A DNA stretch of 64,000 nt from a virus. Location of the stretch: the IMG/VR virus record IMGVR_UViG_3300017782_004332, positions 40,926 through 104,925 of that record; one strand, given 5' to 3'. Shown piece by piece: positions 49,101 to 58,165 of the stretch. Both the position numbers and the translations under genes were made by a program. Each line of letters opens with the position of its first letter. The first letter of the stretch is position 1. Below the pieces are notes generated by a model. That model was not told the origin of the DNA, made no database searches, and saw only the letters and a list, made by a program, of their open reading frames with translations.

Positions 49101-49796
49101 CGATTTAAAAGGTTTCGTTAACGAAATCTTTACTATTGATTCCTATAAATCAAAAATGGGAAAGGACGAAAATGTTGCAGTTTTAGCATTTGAAGTTTCA
49201 GATCAAGAACCTGCAAAAGACTTAATGTCTTTTATTGAAAAAGGATATCCTTTTATTTTAGATGCAGATGTTAGTTCAGGCGAAAATCGTAAAGGAAAAT
49301 ATGATGTATTCGTAGAAATGGAACGTAATAGGTATATTGGAAAAAATATCAAACAATATTAGACGATGTACAAAAACTTGCAGGAGTCGAAGATTGGAAA
49401 TATCGATACTATAAAGAAATAGAAAGCAAACCTTTCACAGAAGAATTAGATGTTCCAACAGACAAAGAAACATACAATATGTTTATTGAAACATATAAAC
49501 AACAAGAATTAGATCGATTTTTCAATAAAGGCGTAACTGAACAAAAATATATATCTGATAACATGCTTGAATTTAAAAGACATGCAAGTGGTTCTGTTAG
49601 ATTAGAAATTATCGATGAAGGTACTACAGAAGAAATTACAGGAAAATATGTAGGAGCATCAAAACTAGACGAAGTATCAATGTCAGAAGTTCTATGGCTT
49701 ACAAAGTTTTTTGGTAATTATAATATATACAAAGTTGAAGAAAACCTGTTTTTTACTAACGGAGTAAGAACAAAGGTATTACAAAGGAAGAAATAA
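49081..49796 (+). pseudogene. Single hypothetical gene interrupted by a -1 frameshift near 49341-49353
   Basis: 0-frame stops at TAG 49360; the -1 frame is open from 49332 (..TILDDVQKLAGVEDWKYRYYK..) through 49796. Confidence 0.7.
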
Positions 49797-49799
49797 TAT

Positions 49800-50312
49800 A
49801 TGTCTAAAGAAAACTATCAACAAGCATTAGAAATGATTTTACATCATGAAGGAGGGTATGTAAATCACCCTAAAGATCCAGGTGGAGAAACTAACTTGGG
49901 TGTTACAAAAAGAGTTTACGAAGAATGGGGCGGAACAAAAGATATGAAGGATCTTTTAGTTGAAGATGTTGCTCCAATTTATGAAAAAAATTACTGGGGT
50001 AAAGTTAAAGGTGACGATATTCCAAGTGGCTTAGATTTATGTGTATTTGATTTTGCAGTAAACGCAGGTCCAGGCAGAGCCGCAAAGTTTTTACAAGCAA
50101 TGATTGGTACTACTGTTGATGGTGGTATTGGTCCAAACACACTTCGTGCATTAGGAAACTTTGTTGAAAGCGAAGGTGTTGAATCTGCTGTTAAAACATA
50201 TCAAGAAAAACGTCAAGAATATTATGAATCATTATCAACATTTTCTACTTTTGGTAGAGGATGGACAAGACGTGTTAACGAAACTACAGAAGCCGCTCTA
50301 AAAATGATATGA
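49800..50312 (+). CDS. Endolysin, glycoside hydrolase family 108 with PG-binding domain
   Basis: EGGYVNHPKDPGGETNLGVT, FDFAVNAGP, DGGIGPNT, FGRGW..R. Confidence 0.92.
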   Translation: MSKENYQQALEMILHHEGGYVNHPKDPGGETNLGVTKRVYEEWGGTKDMKDLLVEDVAPIYEKNYWGKVKGDDIPSGLDLCVFDFAVNAGPGRAAKFLQAMIGTTVDGGIGPNTLRALGNFVESEGVESAVKTYQEKRQEYYESLSTFSTFGRGWTRRVNETTEAALKMI

Positions 50313-50434
50313 GCCGAGTCTGTCAAAACTGCGGTAGACAACACAGTGGTAAACTAATTGAAACGTTTACAGACGGTGACAATAAACCAATAAAAATTAT
50401 CGTCTGTGAACATGCTCGATATAAGGAAGAATAA
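50309..50434 (+). CDS. Small Cys-containing protein (not in ORF track)
   Basis: MSRVCQNCGRQH...VCEHARYKEE*, ATGA/TAATG coupled. Confidence 0.5.
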   Translation: MSRVCQNCGRQHSGKLIETFTDGDNKPIKIIVCEHARYKEE

Positions 50435-50922
50435 TGTTTGGGTCGATTAAAATAGCAATAGTATTAATTATGTTGGCAGGTGCTGGCGGTGGCTTTGTTT
50501 ATGTTAAAGGCCTTAAAGCAGACTTGGCAACATCAGAAGCAAACAATCTAAAATTAGAACAAAGTGTTGAAAGCCAAAAGGCTGTGATAGAACAACAGGC
50601 TAATGACTTCAAAGCAATTCTTGTTGCTAACCAAGAACTTGAAAAAACAAATAAAACACTTGCCGCAGAGTTTGCCGATCTTGACAAACGTTTCAATAAA
50701 ATTAATGGTCGTGGTGAAGTAAGAGACTTAGGTGATCTTGCTGTAAAAAGAACCAAGCCAATCGAACGTGTTATTAATAATGCTACCAAGAAAGCAATGA
50801 GATGTGTAGAAATTGCTATGGGAGCAGAACTAACAGAAAAGGAAAAAACCGCTACTAAGAAATCAGAGATTAATTCTGAATGTCCAAGTATAGCGAATCC
50901 AAGTTATGTACCATATGATTAA
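50434..50922 (+). CDS. Putative inner-membrane spanin (Rz-like)
   Basis: N-terminal TM, long coiled coil, C-terminal Cys; next to endolysin. Confidence 0.65.
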   Translation: MFGSIKIAIVLIMLAGAGGGFVYVKGLKADLATSEANNLKLEQSVESQKAVIEQQANDFKAILVANQELEKTNKTLAAEFADLDKRFNKINGRGEVRDLGDLAVKRTKPIERVINNATKKAMRCVEIAMGAELTEKEKTATKKSEINSECPSIANPSYVPYD

Positions 50923-51274
50923 AAATACAATTTTAATTTTATTACTTGCTGTTGTTGTAAGTGGCTGTTCAAGTGTGAAAGAACTAAAAATCTTTGAAAC
51001 AGAAGTTCCAAGAGAGAAATTAAACTTACCACACCCTGAAGCGGCTAAAATGGAACCACTACAGTGGGTAATCATTACAAGCGAAAACGCTGAAGAAGTA
51101 TTTGCTAAACTAAAAGAACAAGGCAAAGATCCTGTGTTGTTTGGTTTAAGCGACAAGGACTATGAGTTCCTATCTAAGAACTTTGCACAGATCCGTGCAT
51201 ACATGATCAAGCAACGTCAGGTTATAGATCAATACAAAGACTACTACGAGAACGAAGACAACAAAGCAGAGTAA
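50915..51274 (+). CDS. Putative outer-membrane spanin lipoprotein (Rz1-like)
   Basis: Lipobox VSGC; overlaps i-spanin end. Confidence 0.65.
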   Translation: MIKNTILILLLAVVVSGCSSVKELKIFETEVPREKLNLPHPEAAKMEPLQWVIITSENAEEVFAKLKEQGKDPVLFGLSDKDYEFLSKNFAQIRAYMIKQRQVIDQYKDYYENEDNKAE

Positions 51275-51275
51275 T

Positions 51276-51449
51276 ATGTTTAGAGCAGTAATCATATTAA
51301 CTTTGGCGATTGTTCTGGCTGGTTGTTCAGCAAAAACTTCATGTAAAGTAAAACCCGGTGTTGATATAGACGTTGAAAACATTCAAACTATAGATGATCT
51401 TAAAAATCCTAACGTAACTCCTAAGGGCGAATTAGCCTGTTCTTTCTAA
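51276..51449 (+). CDS. Small lipoprotein (not in ORF track)
   Basis: MFRAVIILTLAIVLAGCSAK..., lipobox LAGC. Confidence 0.6.
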   Translation: MFRAVIILTLAIVLAGCSAKTSCKVKPGVDIDVENIQTIDDLKNPNVTPKGELACSF

Positions 51450-51478
51450 TAAATACTCACATAACAAAGAGGAAAACT

Positions 51479-51760
51479 ATGTGGGAAATGATTGAAAGAA
51501 TGGCAACAGATCGACTATGGATCTATACTGCCTTAGTTGGATCGCTATTCGGACTTGCGTTTTCAACTTATATCAAAGGTACACGTATTGGATTATGGGC
51601 CTATGCAAAGTTTGATTTGGTTGTAGATTTTTTAGTTGAGCGATATGGCTGGACTTGGTTACAACAGCCTACAGATGCTTGGCGTAAAAAGTATCCACAC
51701 GTAACAAAGAAAATCGATGAGTTAGAAACTCGTCTAAAGAAATTAGAGGGTAAAAAATAA
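51479..51760 (+). CDS. Hypothetical membrane protein
   Basis: TAAATA 51450, GAGG SD. Confidence 0.6.
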   Translation: MWEMIERMATDRLWIYTALVGSLFGLAFSTYIKGTRIGLWAYAKFDLVVDFLVERYGWTWLQQPTDAWRKKYPHVTKKIDELETRLKKLEGKK

Positions 51761-52095
51761 TGAGTGATTTAAAAACTGAAAAAGAAAAAATTGCGGCAGG
51801 ACATGCAATTAAAAAGAGTGTACAAATTGATCTTGAAGTAGACACAACTACTACCGACAGTTCAAAAAATCCTTACCAAGGACTTATCCATATGGCAAAA
51901 GCAGTTGATGCTTGGAGAATTTTTCCAAGACTGTTCTTAACTGTTTACATTGTATTGTTATACAAATGTGTTATTTGGTACATGGATCTAGCGGCTCCTA
52001 CAATGGAACAATCAGGTTTGATTAGTATTGTAGTTGGTGCTGGTGCGGCATGGTTTGGTCTTTACACAGGTACATCTAAAAAGTCAGACAAATAG
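51760..52095 (+). CDS. Putative holin (two TM)
   Basis: D.WRIFPR, two TM helices, in lysis region. Confidence 0.5.
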   Translation: MSDLKTEKEKIAAGHAIKKSVQIDLEVDTTTTDSSKNPYQGLIHMAKAVDAWRIFPRLFLTVYIVLLYKCVIWYMDLAAPTMEQSGLISIVVGAGAAWFGLYTGTSKKSDK

Positions 52096-52098
52096 AAC

Positions 52099-52127
52099 TT
52101 GACAAACACCTAAAATAAGTATATAAT
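52099..52127 (+). promoter_or_regulatory. Consensus sigma70 promoter for dnaJ
   Basis: TTGACA-N17-TATAAT, ATG 6 nt downstream, no SD. Confidence 0.8.
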
Positions 52128-52133
52128 AGTACT

Positions 52134-53000
52134 ATGGATTATTATGACTCTTTAGGTGTTTCTCGTAATGCCTCCGAAAAAGAAATAAAAACGGCTTTCC
52201 GCAAATTGGCGGCAAAGCACCATCCTGACAAAGGTGGAGATCATAAAAAGTTTACACAACTTAACGAAGCATATCAAGTATTAAGTAATCCTGAAAAGAA
52301 AGCAATGTATGACCAATATGGAACTACAGAGGCACCACAAGGATTTGGACCAAATGGTTTTCAAGGTACTGGAGGGTTCCAAGATATGTTTAGTCAAATG
52401 TTTGGACAAGGGACTGGAGACTTTGACGGAGAAGAAATTATTTTTGGTCCGGGTGGGTTTACTCGAAGACGTAGTAATAGAAACCACGATGTAAGAACTA
52501 ATTTACAGATTAGTTTAGAAAATGCATATAATGGACATGAAGTAACTGTCCAATTTCCATTACCGCAAGGTGGAACAAGAACAATTGATGTAAAGATACC
52601 AAAAGGTATTGATCATGGACAAACTATTAGATTACGCGGGTTAGGAGACCAAAGTATAAAAGGTGTGCCTCCGGGTGATCTTCATATAGCAGTTTCGATA
52701 CATGATTATAGAGGATATAAACGGCAAGGAAATGATCTCCAAAAAGACTTGACAATTAACGTTTTTGACCTTATAATAGGTACTAAGGTAAAGGTAGATC
52801 ATATTAATGGAGAAAGTTATAATTTAAACATACCTTCCGGAACACAACCTGATACTGTATATAGTATTGGCGGAAAAGGTATGCCTGTTGTAAATGGCAA
52901 TGGATATGGAAATTTGTACATCAAAGTTAAACCCGAGATACCAAAAAATCTTACGCCAGAGCAACTAGAAATGATAACTAAAATTAGAGGAAAACAATGA
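52134..53000 (+). CDS. dnaJ: DnaJ-class co-chaperone lacking zinc finger (class B/CbpA-like)
   Basis: DYY..LGV, HPD, G/F region, C-terminal IP.G...G..IRL.G.G. Confidence 0.92.
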   Translation: MDYYDSLGVSRNASEKEIKTAFRKLAAKHHPDKGGDHKKFTQLNEAYQVLSNPEKKAMYDQYGTTEAPQGFGPNGFQGTGGFQDMFSQMFGQGTGDFDGEEIIFGPGGFTRRRSNRNHDVRTNLQISLENAYNGHEVTVQFPLPQGGTRTIDVKIPKGIDHGQTIRLRGLGDQSIKGVPPGDLHIAVSIHDYRGYKRQGNDLQKDLTINVFDLIIGTKVKVDHINGESYNLNIPSGTQPDTVYSIGGKGMPVVNGNGYGNLYIKVKPEIPKNLTPEQLEMITKIRGKQ

Positions 53001-53509
53001 ACTTAATTTATTACCCAGACGAATTTTTAAACAAACAAGTAAAACCAGTTGACTTCGAAAACCCTGGCATGGATCTAGCAGATGTTAAAAAAGATATGCT
53101 AGACATTATGTATGCTAGTGATGGAGTAGGATTAAGTGCAAACCAAGTAGGCATTGATGCACAGATATTTGTCATGGGAAGTAAACATGTTCCTGATAAA
53201 AGTGCAGTCTTTATCAATCCTAAAGTATTAGAAGCAAGTAAAGAAACAACATTAGATTGGGAAGGTTGTTTAAGTTTCCCTGGAGTTTACGTAAAACTAC
53301 ATAGACCCAAGTGGATAGTAGCAGAATTTTATAACGAGAAAGGTGAGAAGCAAACAGGCAAAATTGAAGAATATGATGCAAGATGTTACCTTCATGAATT
53401 AGATCACTTACTTGGTATTACATATAAAGATCGTGCAAGTGGTCTTAAATGGGAAATGGCAGTAAAACGTGCAAATAAATTTAAGAAACGAGGATTAATT
53501 AATGCTTGA
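52997..53509 (+). CDS. def: Peptide deformylase
   Basis: GVGLSANQ, EGCLS, HELDHL.G. Confidence 0.95.
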   Translation: MNLIYYPDEFLNKQVKPVDFENPGMDLADVKKDMLDIMYASDGVGLSANQVGIDAQIFVMGSKHVPDKSAVFINPKVLEASKETTLDWEGCLSFPGVYVKLHRPKWIVAEFYNEKGEKQTGKIEEYDARCYLHELDHLLGITYKDRASGLKWEMAVKRANKFKKRGLINA

Positions 53510-55772
53510 ACCTGATTCGCAATTAGAAAGTATTTTTGAAAAGGCTATTAAATTAGCACAAGATGCAAAACACGAGTATGTTACTGTAGAACATTTCTGC
53601 TATGCACTTGTATTGAACGAAGATTTTAAAGAAGTGCTCGAAGACTTTGGTGCAGATGCTACAGAGATGGGCAAAGAGTTATCTACCTTCATCGGAACAA
53701 AACTACAGGAAATTGTTAATGAGACCCGCAAAGGTCGTCCGACTAAAACACAAGCATTAGAACGTGTACTCAATAGAGCATTTACACAAACACTGTTTAG
53801 TGGTAGGACTACTATTTCTCCAAGTGATGTATTCATGTCGATAATAAATGAAAAGAAATCTTACAGTTCTTTCTTAATGAAGAAATACAATATTGATAAA
53901 GAAAAATTTAGTAACTTTATTGAAACCGAGGAAGTTCTAGGTCAGGCGGCAAGTGGTGAATATAATAAGAGTCAGTTAGAAAGACTTATAAGTCAATTTT
54001 GTTCTAATCTTTCTGCTAAAGCAAAAGCAGGTAAAATTGATCCTGTTATTGGCAGAGGAAAAGAGATTGAAGAAACTGTGCTTATTTTAGCACGTAGACA
54101 AAAAGCAAACGTAATGTTAGTTGGTGATCCGGGTGTTGGTAAAACTGCAATCGCTGAAGGACTAGCAGTTGAAATAGTTAATGACAATGTTCCAAATTTT
54201 ATTAAAGGTGCAACAGTATATTCATTAGATATTGGAGCAATGGTTGCCGGAAGCAAATATCGAGGAGACTTTGAAGAACGACTTAAAATGGTTGTTCATG
54301 CATTAGAAAAGAAAAAGAATAGTATTTTATTCATCGACGAAGCACATATGATTAATGGTGCAGGTAGTGGTGGACAAGGTCAAGCAAATGATATGGCTAA
54401 TATGCTAAAGCCTGCTTTAAGTAAAGGAACAATCAAGGTCGTAGCAAGTACTACATGGGAAGAATATCGTAAGCACTTTGAAAAAGATCGTGCTTTAATG
54501 CGTAGGTTCCAACGTGTAACAATTGACGAGCCTGATGAGGAAACAACAATTGATATCTTAAAAGGTATTAAAAAATACTACGAAGAGCATCATAATGTAA
54601 AAATTACTGAAAAAGCAATTGAAGGAGCAGTTAAGTATTCAATTAAGTACATGGCTGATAAAAAATTACCTGATAAAGCAATCGATGTAATTGACCGTGC
54701 AGGTGCAAGATTTAAAATAAAAGATGTCGAAAACGGTATTATTGATCATGACGAAGTTGTTTACGAAATTAGTAAACTTACAAACCTACCACTAGAACAA
54801 GTGGCCGCAAAAGATAATGAATCAATGCGTGACCTTGATGGTAATATGAAAAAACGTGTGTATGGTCAAGATGATGCAATCAATAGTTTACTTGACAAAA
54901 TTTTTATTGCTCAAGCAGGATTGAAGTCTCTTAATAAACCTGTAGGTTCATTTTTGTTTGTAGGTCCAACTGGGTGTGGTAAAACAGAAACAGCAAAAGT
55001 TTTAGCAGAAGAAATGGGCACAAAACTTGTACGTTTTGATATGAGTGAATTCCAAGAGAAACATTCTGTTGCTAAATTTATTGGTGCACCTCCAGGATAT
55101 GTAGGGTTTGAGGAAGACGCTGGTCAACTTATTACTAAACTGCAAGAAAATCCTAATTGTATTTTGTTGTTAGATGAAATTGAAAAAGCACACAAAGACG
55201 TTGCTAATATATTACTAGGACTTATGGATAACGGATTTGTTACAGGATCTAATGGTAAGAAAGCAGATGCTCGTAATGCAGTTGTTATTATGACATCAAA
55301 CTTAGGTGCTAGGGAAATGGAAAAAAATGGTGTAGGATTTGGTAACCTCGAACGTGAAGGTGAAGATGATACAGCAGTTAATGATTTCTTTGCTCCAGAA
55401 TTTAGAAATAGATTAGATGGTATTATCAAATTTGGTAAACTAGATAAAGCAACAAGTTCTCTTATTGTTGATAAGTTTATTAAAGAAACTAACGATCTTG
55501 TAAAAGACAAAGGTATCTTTGTTATTCTTACTGATAATGCAAAACAGCATTTAATTAAAAAAGGATTCAATAAGAAAATGGGTGCAAGACCTTTACAACG
55601 TGTAATTGATCAAGATATTAAGAAGCCAATGAGTAAAGAAGTATTGTTTGGTGATCTTGTTAGTGGTGGTAAAGTTACTGTAGATGTAGTTGATGGTGAA
55701 ATTACACTTTCAATTGAAAATTTTATGACAGAAACCACAGGACAAGAAATTGAAAGCGAAACACACAAATAA
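53502..55772 (+). CDS. clpA: ATP-dependent Clp protease ATPase subunit ClpA
   Basis: Clp N domain (HEYVTVEH), GDPGVGKT and GPTGCGKT Walker A, no ClpB middle domain, VGF ClpP-binding loop, GARPL.R. Confidence 0.92.
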   Translation: MLEPDSQLESIFEKAIKLAQDAKHEYVTVEHFCYALVLNEDFKEVLEDFGADATEMGKELSTFIGTKLQEIVNETRKGRPTKTQALERVLNRAFTQTLFSGRTTISPSDVFMSIINEKKSYSSFLMKKYNIDKEKFSNFIETEEVLGQAASGEYNKSQLERLISQFCSNLSAKAKAGKIDPVIGRGKEIEETVLILARRQKANVMLVGDPGVGKTAIAEGLAVEIVNDNVPNFIKGATVYSLDIGAMVAGSKYRGDFEERLKMVVHALEKKKNSILFIDEAHMINGAGSGGQGQANDMANMLKPALSKGTIKVVASTTWEEYRKHFEKDRALMRRFQRVTIDEPDEETTIDILKGIKKYYEEHHNVKITEKAIEGAVKYSIKYMADKKLPDKAIDVIDRAGARFKIKDVENGIIDHDEVVYEISKLTNLPLEQVAAKDNESMRDLDGNMKKRVYGQDDAINSLLDKIFIAQAGLKSLNKPVGSFLFVGPTGCGKTETAKVLAEEMGTKLVRFDMSEFQEKHSVAKFIGAPPGYVGFEEDAGQLITKLQENPNCILLLDEIEKAHKDVANILLGLMDNGFVTGSNGKKADARNAVVIMTSNLGAREMEKNGVGFGNLEREGEDDTAVNDFFAPEFRNRLDGIIKFGKLDKATSSLIVDKFIKETNDLVKDKGIFVILTDNAKQHLIKKGFNKKMGARPLQRVIDQDIKKPMSKEVLFGDLVSGGKVTVDVVDGEITLSIENFMTETTGQEIESETHK

Positions 55773-56472
55773 ATTATTCTTTAGCAAGTATGCATATAGA
55801 TTTGTAATTAAATCGCCGCATATTAGTTGTATTAGATATCCAGAACAAAAACAAATAACAGCATTGTTTAACAGTGAAACATATGAAGAATATCTAGCAA
55901 ACGCACAGTATAGAAAAAAAATGTGGCGTACATGGCAAGACACTGACGTGATTACAAAAGGATTATGGAAAAGTCGGTTTGTTATAAACAAAGTATTTGA
56001 GTTTAAAGAAAAATATCAAAATAAACATAACGATTTTACTATAAGATTAGAAAGTAATACTTGTGGAGTTTATTCTAATGACAAAGAAATGTTTGAAAAC
56101 GGGTGTGCTATTTTTAAAAATGAAATATGCGAATTAACATGGCCAAAAAACGAACGACATCTAAAGTTTCTTTTAGATAACCCTACGAACGAAATAGTAG
56201 AGGCATACCCATATAACAAATATAGATACAGAGTTAATCTAAGAGATAAAAGACTAACAACAGATCAAAAAGAAAACTTTAAGGATTGGATCAAAACATA
56301 CAGTAATTTAAAGATTAGTGACGAAACATTACGGAGAATAAAGTTAGGCGGTTATAACCTGAATGGTAAATTTTTATACTCGACAAATAAAGAAATGATG
56401 TTACTATTACAACTATACCTCGGCGATGCAATTAAAAGTATTACTGAGTTCAAACTAGAAAAGGACATATAA
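55750..56472 (+). CDS. Hypothetical protein
   Basis: 240 aa ORF, TTG start overlapping clpA. Confidence 0.55.
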   Translation: MKAKHTNKLFFSKYAYRFVIKSPHISCIRYPEQKQITALFNSETYEEYLANAQYRKKMWRTWQDTDVITKGLWKSRFVINKVFEFKEKYQNKHNDFTIRLESNTCGVYSNDKEMFENGCAIFKNEICELTWPKNERHLKFLLDNPTNEIVEAYPYNKYRYRVNLRDKRLTTDQKENFKDWIKTYSNLKISDETLRRIKLGGYNLNGKFLYSTNKEMMLLLQLYLGDAIKSITEFKLEKDI

Positions 56473-56762
56473 TGAACAATACAGAAAATGTAACAATAAT
56501 GCAAGAACTTATAAAACGCAATATTGTTAAAGAAGGTACTAGCATTAATGCACAAGTAATTGCTAATGGGCTCGGAGGACAACCTGTTGTCGTTAACAAA
56601 TTAGTTTCGTTAACTAACTTAGGTCGACAAAAAGCAAAAGGTTGGGATCGTTGTGATGCAGGTAAAGACCATACATATAATGTAAAATATAGTGCTATTA
56701 CTGCCGTAGAAGGCATGGATATCAAACGTATGGCACAAGCATATAAAATCAAATTTAAATAA
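56472..56762 (+). CDS. Hypothetical protein
   Basis: Coupled ORF with AAGGA SD. Confidence 0.55.
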   Translation: MNNTENVTIMQELIKRNIVKEGTSINAQVIANGLGGQPVVVNKLVSLTNLGRQKAKGWDRCDAGKDHTYNVKYSAITAVEGMDIKRMAQAYKIKFK

Positions 56763-56770
56763 ATAAGTGT

Positions 56771-57163
56771 ATGCCAGAACAAAGCACAAATTTTGAATTT
56801 ACAATTTCCGGATCTACTACCGTACAAGTAGACCATCCAGGTGACAGTACTGCTGAAGAATACATCAGTGCTAAACTTAAAGGAGATGGTTACTATAAAG
56901 GCGGTGACGGTAGACACACATATGCATTAAAAGTTGATGGTTTCTACGGAACTATTATGATGCAAGGAACTCTTGCAGAAACACCTGCAGAAACAGACTG
57001 GGTTGACATCACAACAACCGAACATACTGCAACATCGGCAGATAGTACTGTTAATAGAGATGGTGCATATCTTTATAATTTTGATGGTAATTTTGTTTGG
57101 ATTAGAGTGAAGGTAACTAACTTTACTGATGGAACAGTAAATTATATAAGGGTAAACTACTAA
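56771..57163 (+). CDS. Hypothetical beta-rich protein
   Basis: TAAATA-N5-ATG. Confidence 0.6.
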   Translation: MPEQSTNFEFTISGSTTVQVDHPGDSTAEEYISAKLKGDGYYKGGDGRHTYALKVDGFYGTIMMQGTLAETPAETDWVDITTTEHTATSADSTVNRDGAYLYNFDGNFVWIRVKVTNFTDGTVNYIRVNY

Positions 57164-57453
57164 TGAGTGAACATTTTGTAAGAATTATTTTTAATGAAGA
57201 ACAGAACGATAAGTTTATGAGAACATTCGCAGGTGCTATGTCACATACATTAGATGAATGTTTACTTGAATCTGCTGAAAACCAAATTACCTTTGAATCT
57301 TATAAGACGTCTGAAGGACACCATGTCTACGAAGTTGCACTAACACAAGAATTAAGTAACGATCGAGCAGACAAAATGGCTAACACTATTGCTTCTGCAA
57401 TTGATGGCGATTACGAAATCGAAGTTAGCGGCGAAGGCCATACTGTACAATAA
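57163..57453 (+). CDS. Hypothetical acidic protein
   Basis: TAATG-coupled ORF. Confidence 0.55.
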   Translation: MSEHFVRIIFNEEQNDKFMRTFAGAMSHTLDECLLESAENQITFESYKTSEGHHVYEVALTQELSNDRADKMANTIASAIDGDYEIEVSGEGHTVQ

Positions 57454-57484
57454 CCACTTTGGTTAAATTAATTACCATAAATCA

Positions 57485-57513
57485 TTGACTTCATAAACAT
57501 TTGACTGTATTAT
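57485..57513 (+). promoter_or_regulatory. Sigma70-like promoter
   Basis: TTGACT-N17-TATTAT. Confidence 0.65.
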
Positions 57514-57566
57514 ATACTATGTAAACACTTAATTGTGAGTGTTGCAAAATGTCAATAGGAGAAAAT

Positions 57567-57836
57567 ATGACTAATAATAGTAAAACAATCCAAGCAAAAG
57601 TTCTTGCTTCTTTACAAGAAGGCAACGAATTAACTGCGGCTCAAATCAAATCAAGATTTGGTGCTGGTAACCCTGGTGCAGTAATCCAAGCATTACGTTT
57701 CAACGGTTTTCCAATTTACCTAAACACTGTTAAAGACAGTAAAGGTAGAACGTATAACAAGTACAGATTAGGTACTGCTTCAAGAGCAGTTGTAGCCGCT
57801 GGTTACAAAGCAATGGCTAAAGGCCTAGTTGCTTAA
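57567..57836 (+). CDS. Winged-helix DNA-binding protein
   Basis: VL..LQ.G.ELT..QI..RFG..NP.A.I..LR..G..I; AGGAG SD supports ATG 57567. Confidence 0.7.
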   Translation: MTNNSKTIQAKVLASLQEGNELTAAQIKSRFGAGNPGAVIQALRFNGFPIYLNTVKDSKGRTYNKYRLGTASRAVVAAGYKAMAKGLVA

Positions 57837-57851
57837 TCAATCTATCCGGAT

Positions 57852-57882
57852 AGAGGCCCCCACTCGGGGCCTCTTCTACTTT
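57852..57882 (+). terminator. Probable intrinsic terminator
   Basis: AGAGGCCCC-CACTC-GGGGCCTCT then TCTACTTT. Confidence 0.7.
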
Positions 57883-57896
57883 ATGGAGGACCACAA

Positions 57897-58127
57897 ATGA
57901 AAGAAGTACTACCAGAGAAAATTAATATTACTTGCACTGATAATGACCAAGTTAAAGAAGCATATTTGAGTCGATTTATAGATGGTGATCATATGGAAGT
58001 AATAGTTAATACAGTTAAAATACACCTAAAACATAATGGTAGAGGCCTTTATGTAGGTAACATGGCTGGGTTTGAATTTACAGCAAAATCACCAGAAATC
58101 ACACAAATCAAACACTTTCGAAGATAA
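57897..58127 (+). CDS. Hypothetical protein
   Basis: GGAGG SD. Confidence 0.6.
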   Translation: MKEVLPEKINITCTDNDQVKEAYLSRFIDGDHMEVIVNTVKIHLKHNGRGLYVGNMAGFEFTAKSPEITQIKHFRR

Positions 58128-58165
58128 GTCCGTTTGCATAAATACTTCTGTAGGAGTATAATAAT

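Noticed and set aside
49360-49362. TAG readthrough or alternative genetic code
   Set aside because: The same frame stops again ~20 codons later and the continuation is in the -1 frame; other genes are intact under code 11 and no suppressor tRNA is seen
57841-57854. Palindrome TCTATCCGGATAGA
   Set aside because: Single occurrence overlapping a terminator stem; no independent support for function
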